This document shows, in pieces, positions 12,243-24,306 of a stretch of DNA of 64,000 nt (position 1 is the first letter of the stretch; each line of letters opens with the position of its first letter). Source of the DNA: Spizellomyces punctatus DAOM BR117 (Eukaryota); assembly GCA_000182565.2 (NCBI GenBank), contig KQ257469.1; one strand, 5' to 3'. The position numbers were made by a program, and so were the translations under genes. The notes beneath the pieces were generated by a model, which was not told the DNA's origin, searched no databases, and saw only the letters and a list, made by a program, of their open reading frames with translations.

Positions 12243-13487
12243 TCATACATCAATATCCTCTAAATCGGATCTATTACAGCATAGGAGGAAGTCAAAACAT
12301 GACACCATCTTCCACCATAACGTATTGTTTCGCATGGCTTTCCTGCCTCCAAGAAGGGGCTCCTCTTCTGATGCGATTACTTCGCGGTGCAGTTGGTCCA
12401 CCTCCTCCAGTAGTGGGTCAGTGTCCTCCGCCAAGTATTGCTGTTGGCGTTCAGTGCTTGAGGTAGATGTCGGTCGAATTGGTAAAGAGCTATTTAGTGG
12501 AGAACGTCCGGTATCTCCAGCATCCGCCAGCGCAATGCCGTCTCGCATGCTATGCGTTATCCATTCGTCACCTGGTTTGGTTTCCGACTCGGACGTAACC
12601 GGAGATAGCAACTCGCTGGGTACGTGTTCTCCAGCGTCTGTAAGACTGGTTCGGAAAGAGTTTACGCTTACGTTTGGGGGTTTCTCGTCAGACGCTGGTG
12701 TCACTCGGGACGCGTTGGAAGCCAAGGCACCGCCAGGTCGAGCATCAGGAGTTCCGGCTCCATCCTCAGAAGCCAAAGGTGGTATTTCCTTGTGTTGCTC
12801 CTCCTCTATACTTTCATTAATCACTAAATCACCAATCCAGCTCGCAACACGCGCTATTTGTTCTTCACTAAGCTCAATCTCTTGTTTTGAGGGTTGCCGC
12901 GAGCCTAACATAGCCCTCGTAACAATCATTGAAGAGGAATTATCATCTTCCGGTAGATCGTCGGGATCTGGGTATTCATCTTGTGGTTCAACCGGTGGGT
13001 TTGAAGGTAAAGCAACACGGGTGACACTAACATCTCTCCCTTTCGCCTGATCAGGTGGAAGGGGAGGGGCCGAAGACGGCGGTAGCACTGCCATTGCGTC
13101 TATACTCCCCTTCCTCAACAACCCAGTATCAGAGCTCAGTTGCCTAGCAAGGGTCGCAAAAACTGCACCGGTTGGCTGTGCAGCCCCTAGTGCAAGTCCC
13201 AGAGAACCGGAAACTGATGAGCGACCGTATACGCTCGGCGATGATACCACGCTATCGCGTCCACCTTCGCTCCTTTCTCCATACACCGACCCACGCTCTG
13301 ACCCCATCTGCGTTTGGGACGTTCTTCTTGACAAGTTTCCAGGAGCGTGCATGGTTTGAACAAAGGCAAGCCCCACCTTATGCTGTGCATCGGACGCTGC
13401 TCGTGGTCTTTTTATTCGACTTGTCGACTCTACAGATGATGTTTTAGAGGTGGAGACCGCGGGTGGTTTATCTGGAGAGTCACCCAT
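12243..13487 (-). CDS. Hypothetical disordered S/P/E-rich protein with acidic dileucine motifs and a C-terminal Cys cluster
   Basis: Long ORF; first ATG at 13487 (MGDSPDK). Contains EDTDPLL, EEEPLL and the end WWKMVSCFDFLLCCNRSDLEDIDV. No recognisable domain. Confidence 0.65.
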   Translation of the reverse strand: MGDSPDKPPAVSTSKTSSVESTSRIKRPRAASDAQHKVGLAFVQTMHAPGNLSRRTSQTQMGSERGSVYGERSEGGRDSVVSSPSVYGRSSVSGSLGLALGAAQPTGAVFATLARQLSSDTGLLRKGSIDAMAVLPPSSAPPLPPDQAKGRDVSVTRVALPSNPPVEPQDEYPDPDDLPEDDNSSSMIVTRAMLGSRQPSKQEIELSEEQIARVASWIGDLVINESIEEEQHKEIPPLASEDGAGTPDARPGGALASNASRVTPASDEKPPNVSVNSFRTSLTDAGEHVPSELLSPVTSESETKPGDEWITHSMRDGIALADAGDTGRSPLNSSLPIRPTSTSSTERQQQYLAEDTDPLLEEVDQLHREVIASEEEPLLGGRKAMRNNTLWWKMVSCFDFLLCCNRSDLEDIDV

Positions 13488-13684
13488 GGCAAGAGTAATG
13501 GATGCCTTGGCAAAATGTGAAGCCAAGAACAGGCCTTAATGAGTTATCAAGATTCCTTTCGTAGAGGAAACGTTCAAGCTTTTGCAACAGGTTTGGGCAG
13601 CGTTCTTTCAACTTTTTTCGACAGCTGGGTGGGCCAAAACAACAAGCTCATCGCCGGAACGCCTGGCTGGACGCGTTGGAACGT

Positions 13685-13696
13685 TGAGTCACGTGA
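13685..13696. promoter_or_regulatory. Overlapping Gcn4/CpcA-type site (TGAGTCA) and bHLH E-box (TCACGTGA) upstream of ARG8
   Basis: TGAGTCACGTGA about 190 nt upstream of the ARG8 ATG. Confidence 0.5.
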
Positions 13697-13810
13697 TGTG
13701 ATTCACATGATATTCCTTCAGATCATCGCACTGTTTGATGCAAAGGGTTGGTTTGTTGTTTTTCCACGACGACATCTGTCTGGGGGGCAGACGGACAACC
13801 TTTTATCGAA

Positions 13811-13818
13811 TATAAAAG
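13811..13818 (+). promoter_or_regulatory. TATA box candidate for ARG8
   Basis: TATAAAAG, followed by a pyrimidine-rich stretch and the ATG at 13880. Confidence 0.45.
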
Positions 13819-13879
13819 CACCGAAGGATTGTACCTTCCTGTCCAACTCCACTTTCGATTCTCCCTGTCCAATTCCACA

Positions 13880-15530
13880 ATGAACGCTTTTTGTACCAAA
13901 TCGGCGATATCGCGCGTCCAATCGCTTGTTGGAACAGCATCACAGCGCTCAACCTTGTGTCGGTTGTCACGAAACAAGCCAACACCTTCTTATACAGGTC
14001 ACGCACGCAGTCTGAAATCATTTTGCGGGCACCCATCCAACGCCGTTCGTCAATACTCTGTCGCCTCGTCCGCACCTCGACCGCCCACAACCGGCGATAG
14101 CTACGAACCCGAAGCTCCTCATGCAGATGCAAACGCTCACCCTTCCACAACTACTCAACTCGCCGAGGATGCAAAGTACCTTTTGCAACTCTATCCGAGG
14201 CCCGACGTCATCTTCACCAAGGGTGAAGGCTGCTACTTATATGATCAGGCCGGTCGCAAGTTTCTGGATCTCAATGCCGGAATTGCGGTAAATGCCTTGG
14301 GACATGGCGATAAACAAGTCCAGGAAATTATAAGCGATCAAGCGGGAAAGTTGATCCACCTGTCTAATTTGTACCATAATGAACACGCAGGAAAATTTGC
14401 TAAGATGATAGTAGATAGCTTGCCCCAAACAAAGGAGGGGAACATGGGCAAAGGCAGCAAGGTCTTTTTCTGCAACTCTGGAACTGAAGCCAATGAAGGT
14501 ATTCTTTATCAAATCTGTTCATCACATCCGTGCATCTAAGACTAACGGTGTCCTGTAGCTGCATTAAAATTTGGTCGCAAATGGGGCCGTCGTAACATAA
14601 AGGCCGGAGAAACCAACACCAAGACAACCGTTGTATCCTTTAGTAACGCCTTTCACGGTCGATCTATGGGCGCACTTTCTGCAACACCGACAGTCAAATA
14701 CCAAACTCCCTTTATGCCTCTTCTGCCGGGATTCGTATCTGCGCCCTTCAACGATATTGAAGCTGCAAAACAGCTAATTGACGAGAATGTATGTGCGGTC
14801 ATTGTCGAACCTGTTCAAGGTGAAGGCGGTATATTTCCTGCTTCACAAGAGTTTTTGCATACGCTACGCAGCCGCTGTGATGAAGTTGGAGCTCTGCTGA
14901 TATTTGACGAGATCCAGGTAGGTAGTTTGATTTGACTCTCTAGTTTGTTTCCTTTTTTGACTTATATATAACTAGTGCGGGCTGGGCCGAACCGGCAAAT
15001 TATTCGCTTACGAAAATTACGGAGTCGCTCCGGATATCCTCACACTAGCCAAACCCCTCGCTAACGGTGTTCCGATTGGTGCGGTTCTTCTCGCACCGCA
15101 CGTGGCAGAAATTATTAAACCCGGCGACCATGGCACAACATTTGGTGGCTCTCCGTTTGCCACACGTCTCGGCATGTCTGTTTTTGATCGAATTCGTAAC
15201 CCGAAGTTTCTCTCCCATGTGACTGAAGTTGGAAACTACCTCAAATCCCAATGTGAAGAACTCGCCAACAACTCTCCTCTGATATCCCAGGTCCGCGGCA
15301 TCGGATTGATGGTTGGCTTGCAGCTGAGGGGGTCCGTCGACCCACAATTATTTATTGATTTGGCCAGGGAACATGGCGTTTTGGTTATTTCGGCTGGGAA
15401 TAATACCATTCGCTTGGTGCCGCCTTTGATAATAACTAAAGAAGAGGTGGATAAGAGTATTCAAGTGTTTGAAAGTGTGATCTCGGATATGGAGAGTTAC
15501 ATTGCTGCTGGAAAGGATTTGAAAGGATGA
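13880..15530 (+). CDS. ARG8: Acetylornithine aminotransferase, mitochondrial (class III PLP aminotransferase)
   Basis: R/S-rich presequence; GIAVNALGH, FFCNSGTEANE, AFHGRSMG, VEPVQGEGG, FDEIQCGLGRTG, LAKPLANG, HGTTFGGSP, IRLVPPL. Three exons. Confidence 0.95.
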
Positions 15531-15794
15531 GTACTCGAACGCCAGAATGTTATAGAGCTGGGTTACTGCCACGTGAAGTTTGGGTATTCCGGGTTTTTTT
15601 GGTTCAAAGTAGGCACAAGTTTGTAGGGGTTAAGAGATATACACATCTTTGGCGGCGGTCCGGAATCTTGGCTTCACCCGATGGAGATTTTAGGGCAGAA
15701 TTCAGTTTAAATCGTGATACGATATACTTTACGGAAATACCAACCGCGGCCCAATGAAAATGGGCGTTCATGTTTGTAATTAAATATCATAAGG

Positions 15795-18700
15795 TCATGT
15801 ACTAGTGGTTGCGTCCGTCGCATCAGCAGCCACCTCGTCGGGCAGCGCATCCCGTCCCACGTCTTGTTCGTCCTCCACCGCCCCAACCTGCGCATCTCTT
15901 CGTGTCCTCTCGACCTTTTCTTTGTTCCCGCGTACCTTGTCTTTGCCAGCTACAGCTCGGGACACAATCCGAGCAAGCTCCTGCTGGAGGTCCTCGTCGT
16001 CACCATTACTATTATCAAATTCCGCCTCGTCAGAATCCAACAACGCAGCCAGAATTCGAGCGGCCCTAGACGCGTGCGTTCGGTCCGATTGCTGTCCACC
16101 ATCTCTCACCTCCTTGGGACTTCTTGACGGTAATGGGTCTTTGAATGGTTTTGAGCTTTCGGTGAATAAACCATCTGGAGACTTCTCGTATTCGCCTTGC
16201 ACTATTCCGCCGATTTCGTGTACCGCTCCAGCAATGTTGGACCCAATTGATCGCAAACGATCTTCTAATGCACCCGCTCTGCGTTGTGCTTCATGGAGTG
16301 TAGTGCGCATGTGCGCAAGCTGTGAATGAGTTTTATGCAGGAGAATCGCCCTGGGTGGTATGCGCATCCATTGATGAGAGTGTTTACATATAAGCTCATA
16401 CTCAAAACTTCGTGCGGAAACCTACCGAGGATCTCGATTTACTTCAGGCTCGCGCTTTACCTCGTGATCTCTAAAGCGACCAAACGCTCCTAAATCTACA
16501 TCTCCCAATATTTTCACCTTTTCTATTCCGGTCAATGTTCTATCCAAGCGCCTGCCAATATCCACTACCCAAAACACGTTCATTACCGTCGCAACCAAGC
16601 CCATCACCAGCATGAACAAAAGTAGGACCAACATTAGAGCAGCCCGCCGTTCTTCACGAGTTGGTCCCGTGCTGATTCGATAAGCACCGCGATGATCCGT
16701 TCCCAGGGGAGGTGGATTTGGAGTACTGAAAACGGATGGGAACAACGCAACAACAGTTCGCGCCACGATACGGCGTACACGAGCGTAAAGGGATTGCTCG
16801 GCGCCTCCTTCGCCATTGACACTGGAAGTAACCTGGTCTCCTTGGTCGGATATTGGGCCGTTACGTAAAGAATTCTTCCGCGCTTGTGAAGAATCCACTC
16901 CGGAACTTTCGCTAGCACGCGATGCACTGCCCAGGTCTCCAGCTTTCGCACGGGCACCGATCTTCCGTATTAGATTCACCAACTCAGCACTAAATTGCTT
17001 CATGCCATCGATGGTCGCGTTCTCGATTTGCGCTGCAGGCAGACATCAGAGTAAAACATTAGCACCCAGCTCAGCGCACCGCTCTATCCGCAGAAAACTT
17101 ACCTTTCCACATAACCCGCTTGTTAAAATCGACTTTGCTTGTAATCCTCAATCTAGTCTTTCCAGGTCCTGCGTGGGTTATACAATAGCGACTCATCAGG
17201 GTAAAGTATTCCCCATATGGAGCCTTTGGTGTGCGCACAGCGCACTCCACCACATAGGCGACCAAAGGGTCTTGTCGTAAGACTGTTTGTTTTTCAAAGG
17301 ATCCTGTTGTTTGTTTGGCGACTGTGTGTACCAAGGCGAGTCGCGTAAGTTACAGTCGTACGCCGTTTTCACGATCCAAACTTACGCATGGGGGGCTTGA
17401 ATGAAACGGTGTATGTAATTTCTCGCGTCGTAAAATGTCCTTGCGCGTCCATACCCCACTCACCGAATTTGACATCTGCAAAAATCAGCTCATTAGTTGA
17501 CGGACGATAAAGACACAGCATGCAGAGAGTACCTTCTGTTTCCCTCCGCCGATGTGTCTCTCTAACAATTTCGGATCCTTCTTTGCAGAAGATAGCGTCA
17601 AACACAACTTCCACATCTAGATCCAGTGTGACATCCGCAATTTCAGAATCCAGATGCGTCTCGCAGTTACAACTCATCGCCTGTGAAGGTCGCTGTACGG
17701 ATAATGTCTTTTCCTTATCTTTTCCTTCGGCTGCTGCAGGAGACTGACCAGCCCCTGATGTTGGGACCGCGGCAGCAGCTGCGGCACCATTGGCGATCGC
17801 CTTTGAAATGGAAGTACTACCCGTATCTTGGAGACCAAGCGAACTGGCAGCTTTGGAAAATGCAGGTGTCTGCATCGCAGAACTAGTATTCTGCGCCTCA
17901 TTTGATATGTTTGGCGCAGATACTAAAACAGCTCCAGCCACCGATGGTGCCTCATGAGCCAATAGCTGATCACTTGGCTCCACTCCTTCTCCTTCCCCAT
18001 CTTCCCCATATTTCGGGAGTATTCTGCGAATGAATTCCAATCCAGAGGCGATCGTGAGAGCTCTCCCTTGGCGAGTTAAAGCCCCTGCTGGAGTTGGGGC
18101 GGGATCTGCGCGGCGTAAAAGATTTGTGTCACTTGTTGAAGTTCGCATCCCTGAATGTATATGCTGGGAACTGTGGCTGCAACGTCATTAGTTATGTGTT
18201 CGGTTTGACCAGATCCAAGAAAAACTCACTCATTGCCCAAGTGTGAAGCCGAAGCAAATCCTGAAGGGGTCACTAACTTTTCGCGAACCTCAGAGACGTC
18301 TGTAGGTGGCATCTGAGACCTATATCGTTCTGGTGTTGCGGCACCAGAATGAGCCGCTACGGCGTCCTCGCTCTGGTTTGCCACCTCAGAAGCGCGGCTG
18401 TCATCATACGGCAAGTTTGGAATAACCTCAAGGACTGCAGGAGCGGATCGCGGAGATATGGACCCGTCGTCGTGATCTGACAAAGCACCATCTGATTGAC
18501 TTTGCCCTTCAGATTCCCGTGAGCTTCCTCGCTGGCCATGGACGAGGCCGAGCATGGCTCGTTCGTCAGCGCTCTGTGAATTACATGGTCACTACAAGAA
18601 GTTACTACTATTCGTGACATCTGGCTATGGCTTACCAACGGGCTGACAGTGTTTCTCCACAAGTGAATCAAATCTTCGTACGCGGCATCCCGCTTCAGAA

Positions 18701-19819
18701 ATGAAGAAAAGACATACTTGAAGTATGGCGCAACATAAGATGGTTGCACATGCCGCGGGCTATAGGATGACAATATCCCACCTTTGTGTCCTGGTCAACA
18801 GTGATACGGATCGCGTTTGGAAACATTCCGGCCGTATTTTTCTTTTCAATGCCCGTTACCTCTCGAAAATTGACCACAATCTTGGTACTCTTTGCGAATA
18901 GCTTTCCGTAGAAGCACAAATGTACGTCGGTAAAGTAGAGCTTTCCATGCCACAAGACATCCCGCTCCAAAGCACACGTATACGCTGTTGCCCAGTGCAC
19001 ACTTCGATTAGCGCCGCAATAACCAGATATATGGGAAGATATGGCTACCCAGCATACGTACTGGTCATAAGGCCTTCCGCATTTGTCGTCAACTCTGGAA
19101 AGAGCTTCACGAATTTCTTTACATCTCGGGTAGAGGTTGCAATACTCGGTTTACTGCCTCGTTTCGAGATTGTTCGTCCGAGACGGCGATTAGTGGCCTG
19201 ACATAACAACATGACGCATGTAAGTCGTGACTTCGTCTCAAGAAGACTATACTGCAAACCTCACCTCATCGGGTATCGACATCGACTGCCTGTGCGTATT
19301 CGCCGGTGCATTGAATGATGTAACAGTAGACGCTTTGCGAGGTAACGACTTGAGCCCTTCTGGAACATCTGGTTCCGGCATTGTTGATGAGAAGGTTGAT
19401 CGATTGACCTCTTCTGCGAAGGTGGCCGCACCCACGGTAGCAGGTATGGACTGGCCATCGCCAGATGCCATACTAACACGTATGGGATTTACAACCGCCT
19501 CCTTCAACGCCTCCTTAGCGACGTGGGCGACCTCCCGCACCGCGTGGGCCGTTGCCTTTATTCCCTCCTTGAGAGAATTATCACTTCGACTCTTTCGAAA
19601 CTTTCTACAGGCAGTAGCGTGTCCTGTCGGGCTATGTGGCATTTCTTCTGAACTTCTTGCAGACGCAAAGCTTTCCAACGAACTGTTACTGCCCTTTTCG
19701 AAAAGGTTGACATCCGCATTTTTTTGCGGTAATGGGGTACTTGGGGTGACTGCCAGAGAAGGCATCGCAGTGCTCTCCCTCCTATTTTTTGTTGGCTGCG
19801 ACTGAACTGTTTTCTCCAT
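15795..19819 (-). CDS. LAM/Ltc/GRAMD1 (Aster)-family sterol transfer protein: GRAM + VASt/StART-like + TM
   Basis: GRAM motifs YTCALERDVLWHGKLYFTDVHLCFYG, IEKKNTAGMFPNAI, YVFSSFLKRDAAY. VASt motif TPKAPYGEYF...RYCIT. Hydrophobic segment LMLVLLLFMLVMGLVATVMNVFWVV followed by a coiled coil. Start codon uncertain. Confidence 0.88.
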
Positions 19820-20395
19820 CACCGGAGTCCTTGTCGTCGTCAATGAGGTTCATTCAACACACCAAAAACGCGCCGTTGTTATTCCAATTTGCCCTTTCAA
19901 ACAGCACTTGTGGTCTACTCCAGCAAGGACGGTGATGATATGACGTGGTAAGGCCAAGAAATTCCGCGCCCCTTAGCTCAAACTCAATTGTTTCCCAATG
20001 ACGAAGACACAATGACGAAATGGCACACTGGAGACGGGATCTGCACTAAATTGAAAATAAGGGAGTGCGCAAGCCAACAAGAAAGCCGACCGTCGAGCGA
20101 GCTATACAGCAGAGAAATACTATTTAAAATTACAAACGAGCCCTGCAAAATGACTACAAAAAACGTTAAAATCTCTCGGCTTTCAAACTGCAAAACGCTT
20201 GCAAAAGGTCGGCAATGGATGAAATCCCGCCCATGTGGCACAGCACTTTGGTCCAGCTCGTCTGACTCATCAAACAAATTCCAACGTTATTGCGTCTCCT
20301 TTCCTTGTTGGCCATCCACAATTTGTTTTTATTGGCAAAAGACATCTGCATCTTGTTCTTCCAACTGTATCAACCACATCATAGCAAGGGAAAGT

Positions 20396-21111
<716 letters not shown>

Positions 21112-21943
21112 CCCTTATGCCATGTAATTGCCCCCCATCACGCAACATACGCGACGCTCGCGAATCGGAAAGACCAACGCGAACTTACCAATAGGCGTCT
21201 CGCATATCCAAGTACACACACCAGAACGTCTGACACATGCTAAGTGTACCGCAAGATCGAGACGTTATCAATAGGCTCGCGGAGGCAACTATAATTCGTT
21301 AATAATAAGCAAAATGGATATCTCGATGCCAGAGTACGGCTACATGGATCATCATAGTAATGGCCTAGTTTTACTGGCCTATTCATAGGCGCGACACTTG
21401 CATCTCCAAACACACTCCACCAGAATGGGTCTCGTAATACGTTCAAGTGGCGAGAAGTGTCAGCTGCCAATGAAAAACAGCGATGACCATTTACCCAAAT
21501 AGAACCAGTTTTTTTCTGGACAGTATGCCAACGGATTAGCTTTGTTCGGATTACTCCTGGTCCCGCATCTTGGCTGTGGATATGGAAAAGTGGCGCCTGG
21601 CAGTTCCCAAGCTGGACGAGGGACAAAGCTAACAAGAGCAAGCGTAGCCGACGGTGCTCTCGCGTGAAAATACATACCTGCAATGGTGCCAGGTTTGGCT
21701 TCGCTGCTGACAAAATCAGCATAAATTTACCGGTATTTGCTGGACGTCAAGGAAAGAACAGGGGAGCAAAACAGCGACCCTCTTATCGAACAAGGTTGTC
21801 TGGCCCATGTTTGAAAATGAGAAAAGCAATCAAGAAATGCTACCAGTACAGATTCATTGGCCGCAGACTCGTAACTGCCACGTAGTTGTACGGATCCTTC
21901 ATCGAAACTCGTAGGACTGCAAATTCAGGATTTCGAAAGTAAG

Positions 21944-22382
21944 TCAAGAGTTTGTCGGTGGCTGTTCGTGGGTGAGCATGTATTCGGCCGCGGCTGCCCT
22001 CAGCATTTGTCGTTCTGCGTCTCTGCGAACATTCAGCCTAGGATAACAAAAATTAGTTTTTATGATAATAACGTTCCGAGTCCCGCCCGCTCCGCTGCTA
22101 GCAATCCATTGTAAATGGAAGCACACTTCGCTTTTAATCATACACAATATTCTCCCATTTTCCGGTCGGATCTAAAGCGTATGATAGTCAGCTTCTCAAA
22201 AGTCCTGGCTTGGCCAATAACCTGACATTGGTCCCCTTACGGCTCATCATTTTTGCGTGCAGGTAGGCGACAAGGAAGAACGTCAGACTTCCCGATATAT
22301 AGAACGGAAAGTAGAGCTTAAGGAGCGGCACTCGATAGACTCGCATGCCTAACCAAGTATAGTAGGGTGCTTCTTGGGGCAT
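21944..22382 (-). CDS. Small single-TM protein, probable mitochondrial ATP synthase subunit i/j (Atp18-like)
   Basis: Three exons give ~87 aa: MPQEAPYYTWLGMRVYRVPLLKLYFPFYISGSLTFFLVAYLHAKMMSHPTGKWENIVLNVRRDAERQMLRAAAAEYMLTHEQPPTNS. The G.R.Y..P.LK...PF...G + TM pattern resembles Atp18. Confidence 0.6.
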
Positions 22383-22694
22383 ATTTGTATTTGAAAGTGC
22401 GAACGTGTCCCAGCGCAGAATCTGACTCTACGTCGAACCGCAGGAATCGAAGGCGTCAAAGAGGCGAAACTCTGTACGTAAAAATATCAAGGGTTGCTCG
22501 TCTTCAATAATCTTGCTAACTGGCTGTATGAATAATCTATTTAATGTATGCAGAAACGTCCTCCATTCCAGACACTCCTCCAGCCAGCGTCCAAATCTAA
22601 CAACTAGCAAGCAGCTGTTTTCCGATTGTACAATCAGGCAGCACCCGAACAAATGTACAGATACAGTAATAAGTTAAACATTTAGATCAAGACC

Positions 22695-23404
22695 TTAGTC
22701 CAGGGTATCTTCACCATTCTCCACAACCCAGTCTTGCTCTCCCTCATCCCACGCATCATCCCACTCCTTTCCCCCTTTGTTCCAAATTCGCACCATATGG
22801 GACCAGAATCTCTGACCAGGCTCTATACATTGATTCAGAGCCCATACACCGACTCTGACTTCTCCAGTGGTCGCATCACGATATGTGTCAAACGCGGCAT
22901 TTGGACGTGAAGAGATCTTATGAAAGTCATTAATGAAGCGGGCTTCGTTCCCCGAATTCTGTGCATCAATAGTGAGGTCGCCATCAAAAAGTAGTGTGTA
23001 GTCACTTTGTAGCGAGACATTACTCGAAGATTGGATAGTCCCTCGATCTTTGTTTATTTTATTGGGGATGAGTTGTGGGATGCAACGCCAGAGAGAGTTA
23101 CAGGGACCTACTGCATACAGTCTAAGAGGAAGGAAAACGGCGATATTCTCTTTTTAGCATACAGTCCCTTCTGTCCAAAGGCTGGATGAGATTTTTCTGT
23201 TATCGTTCGTATTTCGACGTCAGGACATGGTCCAGTGTAAACCGTGACCTTCTTGACTGGAATGTCATCCTCGCTAGCTGCTTCCGAGACTGTGCGGTGT
23301 AGGTACCGGGTCCTTTGTATGGCAGGAATATCTAGGGCCCAAACGTTGTGAGTAAGATACGGCAGTGAATGTGGCCAATTTGGAGGGATCGAGTTTGGGG
23401 ACAT
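22695..23404 (-). CDS. Small SET-domain protein with an apparent frameshift in the C-terminal catalytic motif
   Basis: Exon 1 contains HPAFGQKGLYA. Exon 2 (absent from the ORF track) reads YRG..SDYTL..IDAQNSGNEARFINDF...PNAAF...VRVGVWA..CIEPGQ. EILVPYG lies in a shifted frame. Confidence 0.8.
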
Positions 23405-23494
23405 GGAAAGAGTTCGGGGGGAAAACGTGCTGACTCATACGTTACTCACACCATGACAAAACCGCCGATTTCACCATTACCTTTGGCGTTGGTC

Positions 23495-24157
23495 ATGAAC
23501 AATCACCTCCGCAATCTGCACCGGTTTACAAAGCCTCTTTTCAAACGACTGCCAATTATTGCTCCCCGTCTGAATTCTACATTTGGATATCTGGCCGATA
23601 TCGGAACAATGGGCGCCGCACAGAATCAGGTCGAGTTTTTCAAGACTGGGAAATTCGCTGTTGGTGCGTATTAGGGCAAAAAAGGCGTTATTATTCAATT
23701 GTCTTATGCTCGTCATCTTGTTAGTTGGTGCTAGCGCTGACCGATCCAAGTATGGAAACAAGGTGTTCAGGTGGTATCTTGACCACAACCTACCAGTCGT
23801 CCCTATCAATCCAGTAGGTCAACACGACCCTCTTTTGAATAATATCTCAGAACCAAGTTGACCTTGCTTTTGGCACAGAAATCACCTACTATCGAATCAC
23901 ATCAGACCCGTGCTTCCCTGTCCGACCTTCCATGCCCTTCCGAGTACGCCCTGTCTATTATAACACCCCCGAAAGTCAGCAGTTCGGTTATCGCAGAAGC
24001 GGCATCCCTTGGTATCAAAAATGTATGGATGCAGCCGGGATCAGATTCGCCAGAGGTGGTGGCTCTGGCAAGAGAAAAGGGGATGAATGTAATAGCTGGA
24101 GGTCCGTGTATTTTGGTGTCAGGGGAGGATGCAATGAAGGCGGCTGCAAAGCTATAG
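23495..24157 (+). CDS. CoA-binding domain protein (YccU-like Rossmann fold) with C-terminal PTS1
   Basis: FAV|VGASADRSKYGNKV, VVPINP, SIITPP, NVWMQPG, GPCILV; ends AAAKL*. Candidate ATGs at 23495 and 23609. Confidence 0.88.
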
Positions 24158-24306
24158 AGTGTATCTGGGAATGCAGAAAATGTTTCATTCATGTATTAGG
24201 CCATTAATTCCAATATTTGCCCAAAAGTGCCGGTCTCCCCAATTGCTGCCACCACCTCAACGCATCGCCGATGACGGCCATTCTGACCGGTTTTGTAACC
24301 GGAGCG

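Noticed and set aside
12046..13050. 334-aa plus-strand ORF
   Set aside because: Antisense shadow of the minus-strand gene 12243-13487; Ser-rich, non-ATG start, no motifs.
14633..14642. GTATCCTTT, a U12-like donor in ARG8
   Set aside because: It lies within conserved coding sequence (VVSFSNAFHGRSMG); no intron is needed.
21670..21680. ATACATACCTG, resembling the U1 snRNA 5' end
   Set aside because: It mismatches ATACTTACCTG, has no downstream U1 loops or Sm site, and is better read as a minus-strand donor.
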